From: Deltaproteobacteria bacterium
GTDB lineage: Bacteria; Desulfobacterota; BSN033; UBA1163
Direction: 5' to 3'
NCBI GenBank assembly: GCA_020059605.1
Contig: JAGVBT010000120.1
Span: 1,582 to 65,581, forward strand
DNA length: 64,000 nucleotides
Shown here piece after piece: positions 53,410-62,253 of this stretch; position 1 is the stretch's first letter, and each line of letters begins with the position of its first letter. The notes under the pieces were generated by a model. The model was not told the DNA's origin and searched no databases. It saw nothing but the letters and a program-made list of their open reading frames with translations. The position numbers and the translations under genes were made by a program.

Positions 53410-55314
53410 ATGGCTGAAAACACGCTGCCGAAGCTGCTGAAAAAGAACGCTGAAAAATATGGCGATCGAAGAATTGCCATGAGGGTGAAAGATCGCGGCA
53501 TCTGGCAGCGGTTTACCTGGAAGGATTATTATGACCGGGTCAAATATTTTTCGCTTGGCCTCCTCTCTCTCGGAATGAAAAGGGGAGATAAAATTTCGAT
53601 CCTCGGGGAAAATAAACCGGAAATCTTCTGGGCCGAATTGGGGGTTCAAGCGGTCGGGGGAACGATGGTGGGAATTTTTACGGATTGCACACCCCCCGAG
53701 GTCAAATTCTACGTGACGGATTCGGATTCCACTTTTGTCGTCGCCCATGACCAGGAGCAGGTGGATAAGCTCCTTCAGATCAAAGAGGAACTGCCCCTGG
53801 TAAAAAAAGTGATCTATTGGGATCCCAAAGGGTTGTGGAATTATGAAGACCCGATTTTAATCAGTTTTTCTGATATGATTCAATTGGGCAAGGAATATGA
53901 GAAGAGTCATACAGGCCTTTTTGAAGAAAATATCGAAAACGGAAAAGGTGAAGAAATCGCCCTGATCTGCTATACCTCCGGGACAACAGGTTTGCCCAAG
54001 GGAGCCATGATCAGCCACAGGGGGTTGGTTGCCATTGCTCAAGCCTGGCGCGACATCGACCATTGGTCCGATAGCGACCTGTATGTCTCATTTATTCCTC
54101 CGGGGTGGATTGCCGAGCAGGCCGTCGGGGTGGCCGGGCAACTGGTGTCGGGCATGGAGGTAAATTTTCCCGAAGAACCGGAGACCGTCCATGAGAACAT
54201 TCGCGAGATCGGACCAAGCATTCTCTTCTTCGCTCCCCGCCTATGGGAGAACATCAACCGGATGATCCAGGCAAAGATCACGGATACCTCGGCTTTAAGA
54301 AGATGGATATACCGTCTCCTCTTGCCCATCGGGTATAAAACAGCGGAGTACCGTTTGTCTAAAAATAATCGGGGAGTATTTTATAAAAGCCTCTACCCAT
54401 TCGCTCATTGGGTCCTTTTCCGTCCCCTCAGGGACCGGATGGGACTTTCCCGGATTCGATGCGCCTATACCGCAGGAAGTGCGGTCAGCCCCGAGATCCT
54501 CAACTATTTTCAGGCAATCGGGGTAAACATCAAGCAGCTCTACGGGGGATCGGAACAGGGATTGGTCACGATTCATCTCGACGGCGAGATTAAGTATGAA
54601 ACATGCGGCCCCCCCATGCCGGGCGTTGAGGTCCGCCTCTCCCCTGAGGGAGAAATATTGGTGAAAGGCGATAACATCTTTTCAGGATATTACAAAAATC
54701 TGGAAGCCACCCAGGAGAAAATTCGCGATGCCTGGTATTATACGGGGGATTTTGGTTACATTGATGACGACCGCCATCTCGTCGTTATCGATCGTATGGA
54801 GGACCTCAAAGAATTGAAGGGCGGCCGTAAATTCTCCCCTCAATTCGCCGAAATCCGTTTGAGGTTCTGTCCGTATATCAAGGATGCCCTGGTCATTGGG
54901 GGGGAGGACAAAGATTACGTCACGGCCATCATCAACATTGATTTGGAAAACGTGGGAAGGTGGGCCGAGGCCAGACGGATCCCCTATACCACCTTTACCG
55001 ACTTGTCCCAAAAATCAGAAGTGATTGAATTGATCAAGAAAGATATCCAGCGGATCAACAAGTTCCTGCCGGAGTGGTCCAGGATCAGGCGTTTCGTCAA
55101 CCTGCATAAGGAATTCGATGCGGACGAGGCAGAATTGACACGAACCAGGAAATTGAGAAGGACATTTGTGGAAAACCGCTATAGCGATTTGATCGCCGCA
55201 CTCTATGGAAAAGAGAGAGCGTATAATGTGGAAGCCTCCGTCACCTATCGGGATGGTAGAAAAGGAATGATTAAAACAGCGATCCAGGTCAATCCGGTGG
55301 AGGAAGTCCAGTGA
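53410..55314 (+). CDS. Long-chain acyl-CoA synthetase (AMP-forming), embedded in the Liv-type ABC operon
   Basis: 634 aa; AMP-binding motif YTSGTTGLPKGAMISHRG; GDFGYIDDD... Confidence 0.85.
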   Translation: MAENTLPKLLKKNAEKYGDRRIAMRVKDRGIWQRFTWKDYYDRVKYFSLGLLSLGMKRGDKISILGENKPEIFWAELGVQAVGGTMVGIFTDCTPPEVKFYVTDSDSTFVVAHDQEQVDKLLQIKEELPLVKKVIYWDPKGLWNYEDPILISFSDMIQLGKEYEKSHTGLFEENIENGKGEEIALICYTSGTTGLPKGAMISHRGLVAIAQAWRDIDHWSDSDLYVSFIPPGWIAEQAVGVAGQLVSGMEVNFPEEPETVHENIREIGPSILFFAPRLWENINRMIQAKITDTSALRRWIYRLLLPIGYKTAEYRLSKNNRGVFYKSLYPFAHWVLFRPLRDRMGLSRIRCAYTAGSAVSPEILNYFQAIGVNIKQLYGGSEQGLVTIHLDGEIKYETCGPPMPGVEVRLSPEGEILVKGDNIFSGYYKNLEATQEKIRDAWYYTGDFGYIDDDRHLVVIDRMEDLKELKGGRKFSPQFAEIRLRFCPYIKDALVIGGEDKDYVTAIINIDLENVGRWAEARRIPYTTFTDLSQKSEVIELIKKDIQRINKFLPEWSRIRRFVNLHKEFDADEAELTRTRKLRRTFVENRYSDLIAALYGKERAYNVEASVTYRDGRKGMIKTAIQVNPVEEVQ

Positions 55315-56195
55315 AAGAATTTCTCCAGCTCGCCATTCCTGGACTGATGATCGGGGGGCTCTATTCCCTCGTTGCAGCGGGGATCGTGCTGGTTTATAAA
55401 TCGACCCGTGTCGTGAGCCTGGCCCATGGTCAACTCCTGGCTTTCGGGGGCCTCTTCTTCTGGGTCGGTCTTGTGGTTCTTCATCTCCCCCTTCCGGTCA
55501 GCATCCTGTTGGCGCTGATCTGTTCCACCCTCATGGGTTGGCTTGTCGAGCGCCTCACCCTGCGCCCTTTGATCGGTCAGCCGTTGATTTCAGCTTTCCT
55601 GATGACCTTCGCCATTTTCATGGCCCTGGACGGAGTGTTCCAACTGATTCTCAAAGGCGAATCAAAAACATATGCGACGCTTTTATCCCTCGGAGAATTC
55701 GAAATGATGAGCGTGCCGATCCGGGTCGTACAGTTGATCAGTTTTGGCGTGGTTCTGTTCGTTTTTCTTTTTTTAGCTCTCTTTTTTCGATTCACCAAGA
55801 CGGGATTGGGGATGCGCGCAACGGCAGAGGACCATCAGCTCTCCCAGAGTACAGGAATCAATGTGAGGACGATCTTCTCCCTGATCTGGATCATTTCTGC
55901 GGCCGTCGCCTCGGTCGCCGGTATGGGGACGGCTTACGTGATGGATATCCATTTCCCCCTTCCCTACATCGGCATCAAAGGATTAATCGTCGCCCTCTTC
56001 GGGGGACTGGACTCTTTACCGGGCGCTCTCCTGGCCGGACTGATCTTGGGTGTTCTTGAAAATGTTTTTGCAGGTTATCTCGATCCTCTGGTGGGAGGGG
56101 GCCTGAAAGATGTGGCAGCCTATGTGCTGCTCCTGATTATTTTACTGATCAAACCTTATGGTCTCTTCGGGTTGAAGAGAATCGAAAGAGTGTAG
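55311..56195 (+). CDS. Liv-type ABC transporter permease (LivH-like)
   Basis: 294-aa polytopic LivH-family protein; 4-nt overlap with the ligase stop. Confidence 0.85.
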   Translation: MKEFLQLAIPGLMIGGLYSLVAAGIVLVYKSTRVVSLAHGQLLAFGGLFFWVGLVVLHLPLPVSILLALICSTLMGWLVERLTLRPLIGQPLISAFLMTFAIFMALDGVFQLILKGESKTYATLLSLGEFEMMSVPIRVVQLISFGVVLFVFLFLALFFRFTKTGLGMRATAEDHQLSQSTGINVRTIFSLIWIISAAVASVAGMGTAYVMDIHFPLPYIGIKGLIVALFGGLDSLPGALLAGLILGVLENVFAGYLDPLVGGGLKDVAAYVLLLIILLIKPYGLFGLKRIERV

Positions 56196-56685
56196 AAATA
56201 AAAATTCGAAATCCGAATTTCGAAATCCGAAACAATCTCGAATGACCAAAACACAAAATTCAAAACCGTATGATTTAGAAGAACGAACTCCTCAATTTGC
56301 TAAAAATGTTAGGGCCTTCGTTAAAAAATTACCTAAAACTATATCAAATATTGAAGATATAAAACAACTTGTTAGGGCATCTGGTTCTGTTGGTTCGAAT
56401 TACATTGAGGCAAACGAGGCTCTCGGTAAAAAAGACTTTCTTCTAAGAATTAAAATATGTCGAAAGGAGGCCAAGGAAAGTCGATATTGGTTGAGGTTAA
56501 TTGACACCGATGCCAAATCTGATCTGGAAAATGAAAGAAAAGACTTGGAAAATGAAGCTACGGAGCTGATGAATATTTTTGGTTCAATTTTAAGAAAAAC
56601 AGAATAATATTAAACCATTTGGTGATTCGGATTTAGAAATTGTTTCGAGTTTCGATATTCGAATTTCGGATTTCTGGGGTTTAAC
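56196..56685 (+). mobile_element. Candidate composite insertion: a four-helix-bundle gene bounded by about 45-bp family-A inverted repeats, inserted between livH-like and livM-like genes
   Basis: Left arm 56199-56245 (gaaatccgaatttcgaaatccgaaacaatctcgaATGACC) and right arm 56622-56678 (ggatttagaaattgtttcgagtttcgatattcgaatttcggatttc) are inverted; the interior is about 35% GC against about 55% in flanking genes; the gene's first codons are part of the repeat consensus. Confidence 0.55.
56242..56607 (+). CDS. Four-helix-bundle protein (TIGR02436 / 23S rRNA intervening-sequence protein family; same family as DGR Avd accessory proteins)
   Basis: LVRASGSVGSNYIEANEALGKKDF...KEAKESRYWLRLI motifs characteristic of the family; 121 aa; low GC. 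Confidence 0.75.
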   Translation: MTKTQNSKPYDLEERTPQFAKNVRAFVKKLPKTISNIEDIKQLVRASGSVGSNYIEANEALGKKDFLLRIKICRKEAKESRYWLRLIDTDAKSDLENERKDLENEATELMNIFGSILRKTE

Positions 56686-57732
56686 ATGAGGCCTTGCGGG
56701 ACGTTTGACGAGCGTTATGGCCAGGACATGGCGATTTTTCGAATCAAAAGGCATTGGGGACTTCTGATCGGAGCGCTCGTTCTTCTCTACATCTTCCCCC
56801 TCTTCGGTTCCTATTATTTCATCAGCCTGATCAATCATCTCAGCATCACCATTATCATCGTCCTGGGCCTTCAACTCGTCAGCGGTTACTGTGGCCAGAT
56901 CTCCTTTGGGCAGGCTGCTTTCATGGCCATCGGCGCTTACACCTCGGCCATCCTCACCGGAAAGGCCGGCCTCTCCTTCTTTATTGCGCTTCCCATTTCA
57001 GGGATCGTTGCAGGGTTAATCGGATTGGGCGGGGGCGCTCCTTCCCTCCGCATCAAGGGCTTTTATCTCGCCATGGCGACCATCGCTATCCATTTTGTTG
57101 TGATGTGGTTGATCCCTCACCTTGAGATCACAGGAAAGACGCAGGGGTTGCATCCACCCGCACCACAGATCGGAAGCTTTGTCTTCGACAGTGATGAAAG
57201 AATTTACTACATCATCATTACCGTGATGCTCCTGATGGCCTATGGCGCCCGAAACATGGTCCGGACCCGCATCGGCAGGGCTTTTGTGGCTATCCGCGAC
57301 AACGACCTGGCCGCCGAGGTAATGGGGATCGAGCTCTACCGTTATAAACTTCTTGCTTTCTTCATCTCCTGTTTTTATGCGGGGATCGCTGGTTCGTTAT
57401 GGGCTCACTGGATTCAAGTGGTTCACCCTGAACAATTCACGCTGCTCCATGCCCTGAATTACATTGGGATGCTCATCATTGGTGGCGGGGGGAGCATTCC
57501 GGGAGTCTTTTTCGGTGTCATTTTCCTCCGCCTTCTTGAGGAGGGAGTCATGTTTGCGGCTCCATTGTTGGCAGCCGTTTTCCCCTGGATCGGGATCCAT
57601 CCGGCAGCATCCATGAGCGTTTCAGTATTCGGCATCGTCCTTATTATCTTCTTAATCTTTGAACCAAGAGGGCTCGCCCATCGCTGGGAAATCTTTAAGT
57701 CCTCTTATCGGCTCTATCCATTTTCACACTAA
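56686..57732 (+). CDS. Liv-type ABC transporter permease (LivM-like)
   Basis: 348-aa polytopic LivM-family protein; start may be the internal ATG at 56728. Confidence 0.85.
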   Translation: MRPCGTFDERYGQDMAIFRIKRHWGLLIGALVLLYIFPLFGSYYFISLINHLSITIIIVLGLQLVSGYCGQISFGQAAFMAIGAYTSAILTGKAGLSFFIALPISGIVAGLIGLGGGAPSLRIKGFYLAMATIAIHFVVMWLIPHLEITGKTQGLHPPAPQIGSFVFDSDERIYYIIITVMLLMAYGARNMVRTRIGRAFVAIRDNDLAAEVMGIELYRYKLLAFFISCFYAGIAGSLWAHWIQVVHPEQFTLLHALNYIGMLIIGGGGSIPGVFFGVIFLRLLEEGVMFAAPLLAAVFPWIGIHPAASMSVSVFGIVLIIFLIFEPRGLAHRWEIFKSSYRLYPFSH

Positions 57733-57789
57733 CTCCCTCTATTAAAAGAGGGGCAAGCAATGAAAGGAGGTGATTTGAAAATTAATAGA

Positions 57790-57890
57790 TAGATTGGAAG
57801 GGTTCCAGGGGTCAAGGATTCAAGGCTTCCAGTCATCCGAACATAAAATTTAAAACTCGAACCCCAGAATCCTCGAATCCTTGAACCCTT
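57790..57890. repeat. TTCAAGG/CCTTGAA-family (E) palindromic repeat
   Basis: gggttccaggggtcaaggattcaaggc ... gaatcctcgaatccttgaaccc. Confidence 0.6.
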
Positions 57891-57911
57891 TTAAAACGAA
57901 AGGAGGTTACG

Positions 57912-59117
57912 ATGAGAAAGATATTATGTGGAATAATCATGCTTATTTTTCTTTTTATTGCCGGAGTAATTCCGGGTCATGCCCAGAGGGAAGTCACTTA
58001 TTTGAGCCTCGCGGATTATACAGCGGCCATTGCGGGGCTCAATGTGCCTGCGGATATGGGCTGCGAGGACTACATTAAAGATTTAAATTCAAGGGGCGGT
58101 GTGGATGGCGTGAAGATAAAGTTCATCGGAGTGGACACACGATATGATGTGGCAAGAGGAGTCTCCGCCTACAAACGGTACCGCAATGAGCCCAAACTTT
58201 TGGTGGTCAACGCCATCGGGACCCCTATTGGCAAAGCCGTTGCTCCATTGGCGACAAAAGATAAGTTAGTTCAACTCGTTCCAGGAGACGGTGAATTTCA
58301 GGCTAATCTTGGTAGGATATTTGCCTGGGGTCCGACCTATCAGGACGCCTTTGCTGCCACCGTTGACTGGCTCCTTGCGGACTGGAAGAAAAAGGGAAAA
58401 ACAGGAATGCCCAAGCTCGGTTTCATCTCCTGGGATAGCGCTTATGGAAAGGAACCTCTCCGGGGCGGAAAAGAGTACGCTGAGAAGATGGGAGTCACTC
58501 TCGCTCCACCGGAGTTTTTCCCCCCTGGCACCATGGATCATACCGTTTATCTCAACCGGCTGGCAAAAGCGGATGTCAATTATATCTTCGTAGGCGGGGT
58601 CGATCCCACACCGACCAATGTGATTCGAGATGCCCATAAATTGGGGCTAACCAAAACCATCCAATTCTTCTGTGACTATTGGGGTCCTACTTCCCTCGGC
58701 ACCCGGCTTCACCCCGAAGCCCTGGAAGGAACTGTGATCGTCTCTTACTATCTCCGTGGAGACGATGCCAGAAAACATCCACTGGCCAATCTTTGGACAA
58801 AGTATGGCCGCGGTAAATTGGAGGATATGAACGAAGTCTATACCATTGGAATGGCCTGGGCCATGACGCTTGAAGCAGCGTTAAAGGTCGCTCTGAAAGA
58901 AGTGGGTTATAAAAAATTGGATGGAGAGGTCATCTACCAAACCTACCAAAAACTGACAGGCGTGCAGAGGGCCGGACTTCAGGGTCCCTGTGCTTACAGC
59001 CCGACCTCGCGCCGGGGAAGTTGGGAGGTCAAATTTTATCAGGTCAAGGGAGGAAATGTGGTTCCCATATCGGATTGGATAAAGGCTCCTGATGCCGTAT
59101 CACTTCACAAATTTTAA
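57912..59117 (+). CDS. Liv-type ABC transporter periplasmic substrate-binding protein
   Basis: Signal peptide MRKILCGIIMLIFLFIAGVIPGHAQ; type I PBP fold; 401 aa. Confidence 0.85.
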   Translation: MRKILCGIIMLIFLFIAGVIPGHAQREVTYLSLADYTAAIAGLNVPADMGCEDYIKDLNSRGGVDGVKIKFIGVDTRYDVARGVSAYKRYRNEPKLLVVNAIGTPIGKAVAPLATKDKLVQLVPGDGEFQANLGRIFAWGPTYQDAFAATVDWLLADWKKKGKTGMPKLGFISWDSAYGKEPLRGGKEYAEKMGVTLAPPEFFPPGTMDHTVYLNRLAKADVNYIFVGGVDPTPTNVIRDAHKLGLTKTIQFFCDYWGPTSLGTRLHPEALEGTVIVSYYLRGDDARKHPLANLWTKYGRGKLEDMNEVYTIGMAWAMTLEAALKVALKEVGYKKLDGEVIYQTYQKLTGVQRAGLQGPCAYSPTSRRGSWEVKFYQVKGGNVVPISDWIKAPDAVSLHKF

Positions 59118-59137
59118 AAAGAAAGGGGGGAAAATTG

Positions 59138-59632
59138 ATGAACTCTTTCAAAAAGATAATCATCGTTTTTAGTCTTTTAATGTTCCTTTTGCCGTTTGCG
59201 GCCTGTAGCACTCTGTTCCCACCCCCGAAGCCAAAAGCCACGGTCGCTGTAACTCCTGAAAAAGTGGAACTCGCATTCCCGGGCATCTTGAGGGTTCCTA
59301 TCGTGTTCACAGGGACGGGGTGGAAACCCAAAGAGATGGTGGTTGTGGATCTGGTTCTCCCTTCGGGTGTACAAATACAGGGGGTAAAGCCTGGAGAGGA
59401 TGTCGGGATCGCCTACGGTGAGGCGGATGAGGCAGGCAATTTCAAGGGAGAGGTCCCTGCCACAGCAAAATTGAACACCCTCTTTCGAGTGGGATGGACT
59501 CCAATTCTGACACCGGATCCCAAAACGCTCAATCCCATTCCTACGGGAATCTATACGATCAAGGCCTCGGGGGCGGACTCCGGAGCGCTCGCCACAACGA
59601 CATTGGAGTTTGTGGCACCCATCAAGAAATAG
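59138..59632 (+). CDS. Lipoprotein of unknown function inside the ABC operon
   Basis: GAAAGGGGGG RBS, lipobox LLPFAAC; 164 aa beta-rich. Confidence 0.6.
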   Translation: MNSFKKIIIVFSLLMFLLPFAACSTLFPPPKPKATVAVTPEKVELAFPGILRVPIVFTGTGWKPKEMVVVDLVLPSGVQIQGVKPGEDVGIAYGEADEAGNFKGEVPATAKLNTLFRVGWTPILTPDPKTLNPIPTGIYTIKASGADSGALATTTLEFVAPIKK

Positions 59633-59755
59633 GAAATTCTAAATTCGAGGCACCTGCCTGCGCGAAGCCCCGCCTCCAGAAGCCTAGGGGAGGGCAGGGG
59701 CTTCGGCATAGGCAGGCGAAACGCGATGTTGAAGTAGCCAAAGGTTGAGAAACCT

Positions 59756-60550
59756 ATGCTTCGCCTCAATAACATAGAAGTGATTTACAGTGATGTGATC
59801 CTGGTTCTGAAAGGGGTCTCCCTTGAGGTGCCCGATGGAAAGATCATCTCTCTCCTGGGCGCTAATGGCGCAGGGAAAACGACAACGCTCAAGGCTATTT
59901 CAGGGGTCCTCTATACGGAATTGGGCGATGTTACGGATGGAAGCATCGAGTTTGAAGGAGAGAGAATTGATGGTATGGCCCCCGAAGAGATTGTCCAGAT
60001 GGGGATTGTCCAGGTGATGGAAGGCCGCCGCATGTTCGAGCATCTCACGGTTGAGGAAAATCTTCGGGTGGGAGCCTATGCGCGAAAAGACAGGGAGGCC
60101 GTTTCAAAAGATCTCGGATCGGTTTATCGATATTTCCCAAGACTGAAAGATCTCAGGGGACATGTGAGCGGCTACCTTTCCGGCGGAGAAAGACAGATGC
60201 TGGTCATGGGGCGAGCCTTGATGTCGGATCCGAAGGTGATGCTTCTCGATGAACCCTCTCTGGGGCTCAGTCCCCTCCTCGTCAAAGAAATTTTTGAAAT
60301 GATCAAAAAGATCAACCATGAGGAGGGAACCTCCATCCTATTGGTGGAACAGAATGCGAAGATCGCTCTTTCCACATCGGATTATGGTTATATCATGGAA
60401 AATGGGCGGGTCGTTTTGGACGGCCCCTCTTCCAAATTAAGGGAAAACGAGGATATCAAGGAGTTTTACCTCGGGCTGAGCCAGGTCGGGAAAAGGAAAA
60501 GTTTCCGGGAGGTGAAACACTACCGAAGAAGAAAAAGGTGGCTATCTTAA
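59756..60550 (+). CDS. Liv-type ABC transporter ATP-binding protein (LivF-like)
   Basis: GANGAGKTTT Walker A, LSGGERQML signature. Confidence 0.9.
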   Translation: MLRLNNIEVIYSDVILVLKGVSLEVPDGKIISLLGANGAGKTTTLKAISGVLYTELGDVTDGSIEFEGERIDGMAPEEIVQMGIVQVMEGRRMFEHLTVEENLRVGAYARKDREAVSKDLGSVYRYFPRLKDLRGHVSGYLSGGERQMLVMGRALMSDPKVMLLDEPSLGLSPLLVKEIFEMIKKINHEEGTSILLVEQNAKIALSTSDYGYIMENGRVVLDGPSSKLRENEDIKEFYLGLSQVGKRKSFREVKHYRRRKRWLS

Positions 60551-60552
60551 TG

Positions 60553-60650
60553 ATAGGGTTCAAGGGGTCAAGGGGTCCAGGGTTCAAGTGTCCGTTAATC
60601 AATACAGTTTTTTGAATCCTTGAACCCTTGGCTCCTTGAACCCTTTGTTT
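60553..60650. repeat. TTCAAGG/CCTTGAA-family (E) palindromic repeat
   Basis: gggttcaaggggtcaaggggtccagggttcaag ... gaatccttgaacccttggctccttgaaccc. Confidence 0.65.
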
Positions 60651-61086
60651 AAATTGCTTCCAGCACAATCGTGATCTTGCCGTCGGGGAGGGTGAGAGGC
60701 GAGGCCTTCATCCTCATTCCCACTTTGATCTTCTTGACATCCATTTTGGGAATCCAGCCCATGACGGGCAACCCTTTCTCCACTTCAATGATTCCGACCG
60801 GGCAGGGCTCGAATTGAACGCTCGAGAAGGGCATCAGGGGTTGCCGTACGGCAAAATGTTCCGGAGGGACGTGAATTTTTGTAAAGGTGAGAAGTTTGCC
60901 CTCGGCTTTGATCTCTTTCCACTCCATATCACTTCCCATACAGGACGGGCAATCAGCCTGCGGAGGGTAGTATTGCTTTCCGCACTTCTTGCAGAGTGTG
61001 GACATAATCTTACCCCCTGCCAGCTCATCCGCAAAACGGCCCACTTTCGTCTGGTTGATGAAAAGTGAAAAATTCTTGAACTCCAT
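60649..61086 (-). CDS. Zn-ribbon/OB-fold protein (DUF35 family), partner of SCP-x-type thiolase
   Basis: CKKCGKQYYPPQADCPSC zinc ribbon followed by an OB-fold; located immediately downstream of the thiolase-like gene. Confidence 0.75.
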   Translation of the reverse strand: MEFKNFSLFINQTKVGRFADELAGGKIMSTLCKKCGKQYYPPQADCPSCMGSDMEWKEIKAEGKLLTFTKIHVPPEHFAVRQPLMPFSSVQFEPCPVGIIEVEKGLPVMGWIPKMDVKKIKVGMRMKASPLTLPDGKITIVLEAI

Positions 61087-61087
61087 C

Positions 61088-62245
61088 CTATTCCCTCCTG
61101 AAGATATGAATGAGTGAAAGCTGGCCGGATCCGCCGACGTTATGGGTCAGGCCAATCTCCGCATCTTTCACTTGCCTTGGGCCGGCCTCCTCTCTTAACT
61201 GCTTGCTGATTTCAATGGCCATGGAAACCCCTGTGGCTCCGAGGGGATGGCCTTTTGACTTCAACCCGCCATCGACATTAACCGGAATGCGGCCTCCCAC
61301 ATAGGTTTCCTTTGCCTCGATCAACTTTCCCCCCTCTCCTTTCTCGCAGAACCCGAGGTCCTCGTAGGCAATGACTTCGGCAATGGTGAAGCAGTCGTGC
61401 ACCGTGGCAACATCGATATCCGACGGCCCCACCCCTGCCATTTTATAGGCTGTTTTGGCCGCTTCACGAGTGGCTTGCAGAGAGGTTAAGGATTTCCTGT
61501 CACCCAGCCTCATCGAATCCGTCCCGCAACCAAGCCCGGCGATCCAGACCGGTTTCTTTGAGATCGCTTTCGCTCTCTCTTCAGATGCAAGGAGGATGGC
61601 GGCCGCTCCATCGGTGATCAGACTGCAATCATAAAGCTTGAGCGGATAGGCCACGGTGAAAGAGGTCATGGCCTTGTCCAGCGTAATCTCCTTCTGCATC
61701 TGCGCATAGGGGTTGAGGCTCCCATAGTAGTGATTCTTCACTGCCACCCTGGCCAGCTGTTCTTCGGTGGTTCCATGTTCGGCCATATGGGCGTTGGCGA
61801 TCATCGCATAGTAACCCGGAAAAGTCGTTCCGAACGGATATTCCCAGGTCGCATCGCCTGCCCGGCCCATGATTTCCGTGGCCATGCTGGTAGGAACCTC
61901 CGTCATCTTCTCAACCCCGGCCACCAGGACGAGATCTGCGAGGCCGGAGGCGATGGTCATCCATCCAGTCCTCAGCGCCACACTTCCGGTGGCGCAGGCC
62001 CCCTCGACACGGAAATTGGCCCTGGGATGGAACCCGATGTAGTCGTGGACCTGTGCGGAGGGCTGAATGCCGAAGGAGAATTCATCTCCGGCCACACCGG
62101 TTACCATGCTATCCACCTCTTTGAGTGAAAGACCCGCATCATCAAGGCAGGCCTTCACGGCCTCGAAAATCAATTCACGGAGCGAGGCATCCGATCTCAC
62201 CCCGAATTTTCCATGCCCGATTCCCACAATGGCCACTTTTTTCAT
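61088..62245 (-). CDS. Thiolase-like protein (SCP-x / propanoyl-CoA C-acyltransferase type)
   Basis: 385 aa; thiolase fold with active-site Cys region (VEGACATGS) and C-terminal HNVGGSG. Confidence 0.8.
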   Translation of the reverse strand: MKKVAIVGIGHGKFGVRSDASLRELIFEAVKACLDDAGLSLKEVDSMVTGVAGDEFSFGIQPSAQVHDYIGFHPRANFRVEGACATGSVALRTGWMTIASGLADLVLVAGVEKMTEVPTSMATEIMGRAGDATWEYPFGTTFPGYYAMIANAHMAEHGTTEEQLARVAVKNHYYGSLNPYAQMQKEITLDKAMTSFTVAYPLKLYDCSLITDGAAAILLASEERAKAISKKPVWIAGLGCGTDSMRLGDRKSLTSLQATREAAKTAYKMAGVGPSDIDVATVHDCFTIAEVIAYEDLGFCEKGEGGKLIEAKETYVGGRIPVNVDGGLKSKGHPLGATGVSMAIEISKQLREEAGPRQVKDAEIGLTHNVGGSGQLSLIHIFRRE

Positions 62246-62253
62246 AAGCTCTC

